From Octopus sinensis (taxonomy: Eukaryota), in contig NC_043025.1 in NCBI RefSeq assembly GCF_006345805.1, positions 16,058,001-16,122,000 on the forward strand: DNA of 64,000 nucleotides, read 5' to 3'. A program made the position numbers and the translations under genes. Below, piece by piece: positions 1 through 11,475 of the stretch. The notes below the pieces were generated by a model. The model had not been told where the DNA came from. It ran no database searches and was given only the letters and a program-made list of their open reading frames with translations. The stretch's first letter is position 1, and every line of letters starts with the position of its first letter.

Positions 1-358
1 TTTTCTCAAAACAACTTGTCTGACCGTCCCATAGGCCTCCTCTTTGAGAAACATTGATTTAACCTAAATTTGAGACACCAGCAAAAGAAGAAATAAAGAT
101 AGACTTTTTATCCATTCCAAAGAAAAACGATTTTATTCACACAAATATGCAACCGAAGAGTTTAAAGTACCAGTAATGATAAGGCTGTTGACTGGGAGAA
201 CACAATTGATTTTTGTAATTTTTTCAAGACTTATATACGCCCTGATACCGTTGGTATCTACATATCAAATTTGAGCACAATCAGATGGAGGATGCCCGAT
301 ATCCAAGAAGACACACGGACAGACAGAATGGATTTTATATAATATATATATATATATA

Positions 359-1120
359 AATGAGGTCTGATCAATAAGTATCCAGACCGGTGCTATAAAA
401 ACAAAACTACAACACGTACCAATTTGGCATTTCATCTCCTTCCAAGTGGTCCTCTTCGGAAGCCACACACTTAATCCAGTGCTGTTTCCGTTAATGGAAG
501 CATTCCTGGAACTTGTTTTCTGGAATAATCAGCAGCTGCCTCATCACACTCACTTTGATTTCTTTGATATCCTGAGATCTTCTGCCTCTCAAGCGAGATT
601 TGATTTTTGGGAAGAGGAAAACATCATGAGGGATGCGATCTGGGGAATACGGTGGCTGTCGGACCTGGGGGAATGCTGTGCCTGGCCAAAAACTGCTGCT
701 GAATGGGCAGGTGTGTTGTCACGGTGCAATTGCCACTCACCGGACACATGCAATTGTGGCCTTTTCCAACGACCAGCATCCAGTAAAACATCACGGTAAT
801 ACTCCTGGTTTACTGTCTGACCAGCTGGAGCATACTCATGATGGACAATGCCCTTGTAGTCAAAGAAAACGGTCAGCAGTGTCTTAGTCATTCCTGCTTT
901 TCTCTGTCTCAGAGAGGTTGGAGTCTTCCACTGCGAAGACTGAGCATTTGTTTTGGGGTCATAGCTATAGATCCAAGATTCACCACCCGTTATGACCATT
1001 TTCAAAAAGTTTTCATTGTTCTTGATACAGTCAAGGAGGTCTGAGTGTCAGCTGGAAGCAGTTTTGGCACAAATTTGGTTGACACGTGTCTCATACCCAA
1101 ATCTTCAGTCCAAATAATGG
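359..1120 (-). mobile_element. Degraded mariner transposase remnant with one terminus
   Basis: Minus-strand ORF 589..1005 has ITGGESWIYSYDP / SSQW / TVFFDYKGIVHHEY.P.GQTVN.EYY / LHRDNTPAH (mariner DD34D-like motifs). Upstream it reads EDLGMRHVSTKFVPKLL. A TIR-like GAGGTCTGATCAATAAGTATCC lies at ~362. Confidence 0.85.
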
Positions 1121-2462
1121 ACTGATCTGAGCCATATTTAGTCTGCGCATCCTCTCATAACTCACCAATAGTTGTGATGCTTTTTTCAGTTCTACTGGTT
1201 GTGGATCTCTCAGAAGAGAGAAAGAGGGGGAGAGAGAGAACAGGAGAAAGAGAGAGACAGACAGACATAGAAAATGGTGATGGGGAGAAAAAAGGGAATT
1301 AGAGAAAGGATATATATATATATATCATCATCGTCACCGTTTAACATCTACCTTCCATGCTGGCATGGGTTGGATGGTTTGACAGGAACTGGCCAAGTAA
1401 AAGACTACCTCGGGCTACTGTGTCTGTTTTGGAAGGGGTTTTACGGTTGCATTATCTTCCTAATACCAACCACCCTGCAGGGAGGACTGGATGGGTTTTA
1501 TGTGGCTCCAGCACTGGCAGGGTCACCAAATAACTTGCAAGACAAAGGATCTTTGAGTGGGGAGGGGACATTGGGGGAGGTGAGCTTGTATCGAATGACG
1601 AAAGGTTAGAGTATAACAGAGGAACATACCCCCCCACGCCCCTGTATATATATTTCTTGGGGAATCTTCCTAAACCTGTCTATTCGTATGTGTTACTACA
1701 GAACGGTAATATCAAATCTGCTTTTACTCTTGCTGGGAATTTGTCTCTGGTTCTTCCACTAATAATGCTTAAGCCTGGTTTCGAAGGGTCTATGAGTCAG
1801 ATGGGTTGCTATGGAAATTGGATTTATGGTCTTTCATGATTGTAGAGGGGAATTTTGGTGCTAATATATCTATTCTATCATCTCGTTTAAGTTTGGTGGC
1901 TCCATTGGAACGCGCCATGCCCAGCCCAAATATTCTACCTGGTTTGTGTTGGAACCAGCCACCTCTCACCTCTCACACCTCCCCTCTACAATATCATTCT
2001 CAAAATAATCACATCATCAAAATCACAAAGCTTCGAGATAATCCAGGATTAATTCAAAACAATGTGGATAAGTAAGGATTACATTTGACAGAATAATCTG
2101 AATGTGCAAAAGGGTTAGTCTTTTAGCATTTAAACCAGCTACATTTGGCCCTATATTTGGCCCTTGTTTTATGATCAAACTGGCCAGGTGTGACCTCACC
2201 TACCTATTCTAGTCATATCATTCTACAAATAAAGAAGCAGGTCAATGAAAGAGCGATGAGAAAATAAATAATTGATTAATTCAAAACTATGTGAATAGGT
2301 GCAGGAATGGCTGTGTGGTAAGTAGCTTGCTTACCAACCACATGGTTCCGGGTTCAGTCCCACTGCATGGCACCTTGGGCAAGTGTCTTCTACTATAGCC
2401 CTGGGCCGACCAATACCTTGTGAGTGGATTTGGTAGACGGAAACTGAAAGAAGCCTGTCGTA

Positions 2463-2538
<76 letters not shown>

Positions 2539-2539
<1 letters not shown>

Positions 2540-2900
2540 GGCGCAGGAATGGCTATGTGGTAAGTAGCTTGCTTACCAACCACATGATTCCAGGTTCAGT
2601 CCCACTGCATGGCACCTTGGGCAAGTGTCTTCTACTTTCGCCTCGGGCCGACCAAAGTCTTGTGAGTGGATTTGGTAAACGGAAACTGAAAGAAGCCCGT
2701 CGTATGTATATATATGTATGTGTGTGTCTGTTTTTGTCCCCCCACCATCATTTGACAATTGATGTTGGTGTGTTTACGTCCCCATAACTTAGCGGTTCGG
2801 CAAAAGAGAACCAATAGAATAAGTACTCAGCTTACAAAGAATAAGTTGATTTGCTCGACTCCAGCATGGCCACAGTCAAATGACTAAAATAAATAAAATA
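2539..2900 (+). mobile_element. tRNA-headed SINE family A (representative copy; core GGCACCTTGGGCAAGTG)
   Basis: A-box-like TGGCTxTGTGG and B-box-like GGTTCAGTCCC, then a conserved body ending CAGCATGGCCxCAGTCAAATGACTGAAAC. Other copies: ~2298+, 3330-, 8730-, 15200-, 21902+, 25605-, 31870+, 32640-, 45098+, 45730-, 48960-, 55535-, 56530-, 57180+, 59800-. A variant subfamily occurs at 10537+ and 32981+. Confidence 0.85.
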
Positions 2901-3736
2901 AGCACAATCAATTTCACGGAGAAATCTGAAAGCTGCCAAATATTTTGCGTGTTTTATGTTGAAGCTGGCCAGATCCAGCCTCTCACACCTACCCTACAAT
3001 GTGTTTCACATTATGAAAATCTTGAAGCTATGAGATAATGCAGGATTAATTGAAAACGATGTGAGTAAATAAGCATTACATTTGACAGAATACTCTGAAT
3101 GTTAAGAGCTTAATGCTCCCGCATATACCTGAGTCATACCTGAGCCAGAAAATTCTACCTGTTTTATGTTCAGACTGACCAGTTCTGGTTTCTCCCACCT
3201 ACTCCATACTGTCTAACTAGCAGAATGGCACAATTCAAAACTTATAACAATGCAAAGAAGTGCATAGTGATCAGCAGTGTACAACAACTTCTGATGATAT
3301 GGTCTATACTGTGATATATATATTCTTTTATTCTTTTATCTGTTTCAGTCATTTGAACAAATTGACCCCAGGACTTATTCTTTGTAAGCTGAGTACTTAT
3401 TCTATCAGTCTCTTTTACCGAACTGCTAAGTTATGGGGACGTAGACACACCAACATCAATTGTCAAATGATGGTGGGGGGACAAGCACAAATACACGACT
3501 GGCTTCTTTCAGTTTCCGTCTACCAAATCCCGCTTCGGTCGGCCCGAGGCTATAGTAGAAGATACTTGCCCAAGGTGCCATGCAAGGGGACTGAATCTGG
3601 AACCATGTGGTTGGTAAGCAGCTACTTACCACACAGCCACTCCTGCACCTATTATATATATATATCAACCCATGGAAAGCGGACGTTAAACGATGATGAT
3701 GATGATGATATATATATATATGATATTAATAATGGT

Positions 3737-3896
3737 ATTTTTATATCAGCTTTAGGCTTATGGTGATCACCGTGCAATGACTAAGGAAGAAAGCCCTCAA
3801 CAGAAAAAGGAAGGCTTTTCTATTTACGTGGGACTCGAACTCACATCCTTAGTCATTGCATGGTGATCACCAGAAGCTTTGAGCTGATATAAAAAT
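3737..3896. repeat. Palindromic MITE-like element (~50-bp arms)
   Basis: tttttatatcagct..ggtgatcaccgtgcaatgactaagga / tccttagtcattgcatggtgatcacc..agctgatataaaaa. Confidence 0.7.
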
Positions 3897-4676
3897 CATA
3901 AATTATTATTTACAGCATTGTAAAATATGGCAACATATAACAAAACCATTTGCATTGAAAGCATACAGTGTGTATATGTGTGTATGTATATATCATCATC
4001 ATCATCATCATTTAGCGTCCGCTTTCCATGCTAGCATGGGTTGGACGGTTTTACTGGGGTCTGTGAAGCCAGAAGGCTTCATCAGGCCCAGTCAGATCTG
4101 GCAGTGTTTCTACGGCTGGATGCCCTTCCTAACGCCAACCACTCCGTGAGTGTAGTGGGTGCTTTTTACGTGCCACCCGCACAGGTGCCAGACAGAGCTG
4201 GCAAACGGCCACGAACGGATGGTGCTTTTTATGTGCCACCGGCACGAGGGCCAGGCGAGGCTGGCAACGGACACGAAACGGGGCGGTGCTGGCAACGGTC
4301 GCGAAACGGAAGGTTCTCTTACATGCCACCGGCACTGGTAACACATCTGCAATTTCCATTGATCGATTTCGATTCTGATCCTCACTTGCCTCAACAGGTC
4401 TTCACAAGTAGAGTTTTGTGTCCCACATATATATCTGTTTTAGGAAGCTTAAAGTTACGGCTGGTCACAGAGTGACCAGTATAGTCACTTGTCGGTATAG
4501 GTGACTCATCAGACCTCAGTGGCTGGGCGAGTCGCCGACACAGCTAAGTGCTTTATAAGTGTGAAACCAATGGTTGTTCTAACTTAATTTCCCAAAAGAA
4601 ATACATTACTACTCACTTACTTTAGAGTTTCTTTCTTTTTCTCATGTATGAATTCCTGATGACCTTGCCCCCCCCC

Positions 4677-4737
<61 letters not shown>

Positions 4738-4969
4738 CGTACACACACACGAGGGGCTTCCACAAAGTTTCTATCAACCAAATTCACTCACAAAACATTG
4801 ATCAGCTTGAGGCTTTAGTAGAAAACTCCCAAGTTGCTGCAGAGTGGGACTGAACCTGGAACCATCTGGTTGGGGAGCAAAACTTGTTAACCGCGCTACC
4901 ATGTTTGCCCCTACAAATCACAGATCGATGTATATATTTATGTATACAAAAGTAATTTATGCATATATA

Positions 4970-5016
<47 letters not shown>

Positions 5017-5207
5017 GATAAAAGGTCGTTTTTTTTCTAATTTATATAAATTATATTTTGTGAAAATTGATTTAGTATTTCTAAATTGAATTTTTCCCTA
5101 TAAGTTTGGAATAATATTCCCTCATATTATTATTATGATTATTATTATTATATATATATATATATATATCCATGTGTGTAATGTATTCTCTCTTGTGTGT
5201 TTACCAG

Positions 5208-5288
5208 AGTTGGATGTCTGGCGATTCTCCTGTTTTTCCTTTGTCCACTCGCATTTGTCCGACACTTGAACACTCTTTCCATATCAAG
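5208..5288 (+). CDS. Transporter exon (first visible): [26 protein letters not shown]
   Basis: ttaccag|AGTTGG...TCAAG|gtacgt; phase 2 to phase 2. Confidence 0.85.
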
Positions 5289-5424
5289 GTACGTAACGCT
5301 TCAGATTTGTTTACTTCCTCCCATTTCAAAATTTGTTTTCTCCCTTTTATTGTATCTAGAGTTTAGTCCTGTAATATTTATGTCATCACCACTTAACATC
5401 TGTTTTCCATGCTGGCATGAGTTG

Positions 5425-5472
<48 letters not shown>

Positions 5473-8400
5473 CGCACACACACACACGTGATCAAGGCCT
5501 AACAAACGGGAACATGAAACTCTGAGTAGCAATTTTTGTGATGTTTTTTGCAGCTTTTATTATAAAGTGTATTACTCTATCTCTAGTGTTTGAGTACTAT
5601 TTTTTCCCCGCCTTGTTTCACGTTTATGTGCTTACTTGGGTATATATATATGGCCCCGTGTCGGTGGCACGTAAAAGCACCATCCGTTCGTGTCCGTTGC
5701 CAGCATCGGTGGCCCCCGTGCCGGTGACACGTAAAAGCACCATCCGTTCGTGTCCGTTGCCAGTATTGCCTGGCCCCCGTGCCGGTGACACATAAAAGCA
5801 CCATCCGTTTGTGGCCGTTTGCCAGCATCGCCTGGCCCCCGTGCCGGTGACACGTAAAAGCACCATCCGTTCGTGGCCGTTTGCCAGCTCTGTCTGGCCC
5901 CGTGTCGGTGGCACGTAAAAGCACCATCCGTTCGTGTCCGTTGCCAGCATCGCCTGGCCCCCGTGCCGGTGACACGTAAAAGCACCATCCGTTCGTGGCC
6001 GTTTGCCAGCTCTGTCTGGCCCCGTGTCGGTGGCACGTAAAAGCACCATCCGTGCGTGTCCGTTGCCAGCATCGCCTGGCCCCCGTGCCGGTGACATGTA
6101 AAAGCACCATCCGTTCGTGGCCGTTTGCCAGCATCGCCTGGCCCCCGTGCCGGTGACACATAAAAGCACCATCCGTTCGTGGCCGTTTGCCAGCTCTGTC
6201 TGGCCCCGTGTCGGTGGCACGTAAAAAGCACCATCCATTCGTGTCCGTTGCCAGCATCGCCTGGCCCCCGTGCCGGTGACACGTAAAAGCACCATCCGTT
6301 CATGGCCGTTTGCCAGCTCTGTCTGGCCCCGTGTCGGTGGCACGTAAAAAGCACCATCCGCTCGTGTCCGTTGCCAGCATCGCCTGGCCCCCGTGCCGGT
6401 GACATGTAAAAGCACCATCCATTCGTGGCCGTTTGCCAGCATCGCCTGGCCCCCGTGCCGGTGACACGTAAAAGCACCATCCGTTCGTGGCCGTTTGCCA
6501 GCATCGCCTGGCCCCCGTGCCGGTGGCACGTAAAAGCACCATCCGTTCGTGTCCGTTGCCAGCATCGCCTGGCCCCCGTGCCGGTGACACGTAAAAGCAC
6601 CATCCGTTCGTGGCCGTTTGCCAGCTCTGTCTGGCCCCGTGTCGGTGGCACGTAAAAAGCACCATCCGCTCGTGTCCGTTGCCAGCATCGCCTGGCCCCC
6701 GTGCCGGTGACACGTAAAAGCACCATCCATTCGTGGCCGTTTGCCAGCATCGCCTGGCCCCCGTGCCGGTGACACGTAAAAGCACCATCCGTTCGTGGCC
6801 GTTTGCCAGCTCTGTCTGGCCCCATGTCGGTGGCACGTAAAAGCACCATCCGTTCGTGGCCGTTTGCCAGCTCTGTCTGGCCCCATGTCGGTGGCACGTA
6901 AAAGCACCATCCGTTCGTGTCCGTTGCCAGCACCGCCTGGCCCCCGTGCCGGTGACACGTAAAAGCACCATCCGTTCGTGGCCGTTTGCCAGCATCGCCT
7001 GGCCCCCGTGCCGGTGACACGTAAAAGCACCATCCGTTCGTGGCTGTTTGCCAGCTCTGTCTGGCCCCATGTCGGTGGCACGTAAAAGCACCATCCGTGC
7101 GTGGCCGTTGCCAGCATCGCCTGGCCCCCGTGCCGGTGACACGTAAAAGCACCATTCGTTCTTGGCTGTTTGCCAGCATCGCCTGGCCCCCGTGCCGGTG
7201 ACACGTAAAAGCACCATCCGTTCATGGCCGTTTGCCAGCTCTGTCTGGCCCCATGTCGGTGGAACGTAAAAGCACCATCCGTGCGTGGCCGTTGCCAGCA
7301 TCGCCTGGCCCCCGTGCCGGTGACACGTAAAAGCACCATCCGTTCTTGGCTGTTTGCCAGCATCGCCTGGCCCCCGTGCCGGTGACACGTAAAAGCACCA
7401 TCCGTTCGTGGCCGTTTGCCAGCTCTGTCTGGCCCCATGTCGGTGGCACGTAAAAGCACCATCCGTGCGTGGCCGTTGCCAGCATCGCCTGGCCCCCGTG
7501 CCGGTGACACGTAAAAGCACTATCCGTTCGTGGCCGTTTGCCAGCTCTGTCTGGCACCTGTGCAGGTGGCACGTAAAAAGCACCCACTACACTCACAGAG
7601 TGGTTGGCATTAGGAAGGGCATCCAGCCGTAGAAACACTGCCAGATTTGACTGGGCCTGATGAAGCCTTCTGGTTTCACAGACCCCAGTTGAACCGTCCA
7701 ACCCATGCTAGCATGGAAAACGGACGCTAAATGATGATGATGATGATGATATATATATATATAAAATATATACATGCAAGTATGCATACATTATCAGCAT
7801 CATTTAAAGTCCAGTTTCACTGGTTGACCCCTGCTAACATGGGTCAACCAGTTCAACTGGGAAATGATAAGTTGCAGGGGGCTGCATTGAGCTTCAACAT
7901 CATCTTTGGTTTCAACGGCTTCATTGGTCAGATGCTGTCCTTCCGAACAGCAACCACTTTCCAAACTTCTCAAAACCAGGAAGGAGAAAGTTAATTAGAA
8001 GATCACAGACAAAATCCATCACTGGAAATGTCAAGATGTGTGAAACTTAGCAAAAGTTTAGCATCTAAGTACATATGCACAAATATGGACTTGCAGCTAA
8101 TGTAATGGATTCTCCTGTTGAAGAAGATGGATGAGCGTTCGGCTTTTTGCTGGATAAAGCTGCACAAATAGGCAGAGGAGTGGCTGTGTGGTAAATAGCT
8201 TGCTTACCAACCACATGGTCCCCGGTTCAGTCCCACTGCATATCGATTTATAATATTATTATTACTAGTATTGTTGTTATACATACATACAAGCATATGT
8301 AATGATAATAATAATAAGTGGATGTAAATACAGGAACAAAATAAGAATAAACAAAAACAACAAAATACAAATTACATCAACGTATATAAACAGAAGATAC

Positions 8401-11400
8401 AAATATTACAGGCATCCCCCCACCCCCCACACACTAAATAAACGTAAACACACATAGAGATATAAGCATGCGCAAATGAAGACATACAATAGAAATGCAA
8501 AATGGCTGACGGTTAGTAAGGAGAGACACAAATAAGAAAGAAGAAAGCAAAGGACCACTGCTGAGGTCACAGGAGTGTGACGAAAGAACTTTGGCCGAAA
8601 TAAGAATAAGATTAATGTAAAAAATAAATTACACTGAAGCAAAGTAACACCAAATATATAGTGCGTGTGTTTTTATTGGCTAAACTGGCAAAATGACCAT
8701 TCCTAAATACAACAATATGTATATATACTCTTTTACTTGTTTCAGTCATTTGACTGTGGCCATGCTGGAGCACCTCCTTTAGTCGAGCAAATCGACCGGG
8801 ACTTATTCTTTGTAAGCCCAGTACTTATTCTATCGGTCTCTTTTGCCAAACCGCTAAGTGACGGGGACGGAAACACACCAGCATCGGTTGTCAAGCAATG
8901 CTAGGGGGACAAACACAGACACACACACACACACAACACACACACACAACACACACACACACACACACAATTTATTTCAGTTTGCTGGAACAATAGAAAG
9001 GTCTCCCCATCACCACACACACCCTTAACAGCCATTTGTTTTAGCAGATAAAATATTTTGGCTGCTTGGTTTCTCCTGACTTAATTACTGTATTTACATC
9101 TATTACCCTACTTCCTGTATTAATAAGCATTTCATTCCAATTTGTTACCATTAATGTATGTATGTGTGTGTGTGTATATATATAGAGAGGTAGTGATGCA
9201 GATAACAATTAGGCTTGACCTATATGTACATAACTACCTCCCTACCTACAAACCTCATCAACATCATTCTTTAATGCCCATTTTCCATGCTGGCATGGGT
9301 TGACCAGAGCTGCACCAGGCCTTGGTCCCTGCCACTGGATGACTCTTTTAACGTGGTACCTGTATGAGTACTCATATGTGGCACCAACACAGGAGTCTTG
9401 CAGACACAGTACAGTCTGTAAAGTGGTTTTCGCTCAATACATACACACAACGCCCGGTCTGGGAATCGAAACTGCGATCCTCCGACCGCGAGTCCACTAC
9501 CCTAACCACTGGGTCATTGCGCCTCCACTGTGCCCTTTTAAAGCTTAGTCAGGTTCATGGGCCCGGTTTCCCAGTTTCTATGGCGTATGTGTTCCCCAGC
9601 TGGATGGGACCCCAGTCCATCTCAGCGTTACTCATTTTTGCCAGCTGAGTGGACCGGAGCAACGTGAAATGAAGGGCTTTGTTCAAGAACACAACGCATC
9701 GCTCAGTCCAGGAATTGAAACCACAATCTTACAATCATGGTGCTGACACCCTAACCACTAAGCCACGTGCCTCCACAAATAACGTAAATACTCTTCAAAA
9801 TTTACATTGTTAAAATCTAATAATACTATTTTTTTTTGTTCTGTTTTTCCCTATTTTCATTTTCTTTTTTTAAATTTTAGTTTTTTAGCCCAATGTTCCA
9901 GTCTGTTGGCGTTTGCTGTTGTTTTTTGGTTTGACTTCCAACACATCCATCATGTTGTGTGAGTGGTCCCTTTTTTTCTTCTTCTTCAGTTGTAACATTT
10001 TAGTTAAAGTGGCTATATCCGGCCCTAATATTCTGGTTTATGTTCAAACTGGCTGGATCTAGACTCCCACACCTACCCTATTCACACAATAAACAATCAC
10101 ATCATTGAAATCTCAATACTACAAGATAATGCAGGATTCATTCAAAGCAGTGTGGATAAATAAGAGAAATCTGAATGCTTGAAGAGTTGACCTTTTAGCA
10201 CTTAAACCAGCCATATTTGGCTCAAATATTCTCCAGGTCTGACCCTCTCATATCTACTCTGAAACCATCTCTTCACTGAAATTTCAAAGCTATGAGATAA
10301 TTGCAGGATGAATTCTAAACAATGCGAATAAATATGCATTACATTTGAGAGGCTCATCTGAATGCTGAAGAGTTAATCCTTTAATCTCTAAAACAGCCTT
10401 ATCCGTTCTGTGTGTTTTGCCTGTTTTGTGTTCAAACCGACCATATCTGGCTTCTCACACCTACTCTACAATGTCATTCTAAAAATAAATAACGACATCA
10501 TCAAATTCTAGAAGCTATGATTAATTCAAAACAATGGTAGGCGCGGGCATGGCTGTGTGGTTAGGGAGCTTGCTTCCTAGCTGCATGGTTTCGGGTTCAG
10601 TCCCACTGCGTGGCACTTTGGGTAGATGTCTTCCACTATAGCCCCGAGCCGACCGGAGCTTTGTGATTGAATTCGGTAGGTGGAAGTTACTGCCGTGTGT
10701 GTATGTGTGCGTATAGCTGCTTAGTGCCTCTCCGAAAGAGAGAGAGAGGGAATAAATGAGTTCTGCATTTAACTGAGGAACCTGAATGTTAAAGGATTCA
10801 GTGTTTACCAAAATCTTGGGTTCTGATAAATTGTTTTCTGATCTCGTTGCTCAAATACAGAATACTCATGTTAATCAGCATCGTTTTAACGTCCACTTTT
10901 CCATGCTTGAATTTGTCAGATGGAATGTGCTGAGGAAGATTTTCTACAACTGGACGCTCTTCCTGTTACCGACCCTCGTCTGCTTCCAAGTATGGCATTA
11001 TTTCCCCCCATGGCTGGAAACAACCTTTTTGGAAGACAGGAAACTAAGGTTGACAGCGACAGGGCCAGACCACACTATTGTACAATGTTTACAACTATCA
11101 CATGATGCCAAGACAAGGCCACATACACGCACACACACATGCATAGGTTGAAACAGTGGCCTCCCAGAATCCGGTGCGTTGAACACACTGTTGTTGTAAA
11201 AGCGAGCAGTTATTCTTCTGTGACCTACACTGCAGGGGCCAACCCATTTTGTGTTTGACCCCTGCATAGACATATTAACCTTTAGCACACTGAGTGTGGA
11301 CGATGTTACCATATGAATTTTCTCCCCTGTAACAGCAGGTGCATTGTGTTGCATTGACCGGGGAGAAAACTTGTACGGCAACATGATTTGCCTTTTATCT

Positions 11401-11426
11401 TTTGTTTGTTTCAGCCATTAGTAGTG

Positions 11427-11475
<49 letters not shown>

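Noticed and set aside
1790-1840. Upstream transporter exon (SQMGCY resembles the expected SQxGFC motif)
   Set aside because: There is an in-frame stop, no suitable donor and no downstream motif match; the 5' exons are probably outside the window
5583-7583. Long minus-strand ORFs (224-628 aa) as a repetitive protein gene
   Set aside because: They are the stop-free reading of a SINE-derived minisatellite, with frames switching at indels and no splice or promoter context
7650-7690. CTGATGA-AGCC/GGCT in family C SINEs as a hammerhead
   Set aside because: No GAAA or stem III follows
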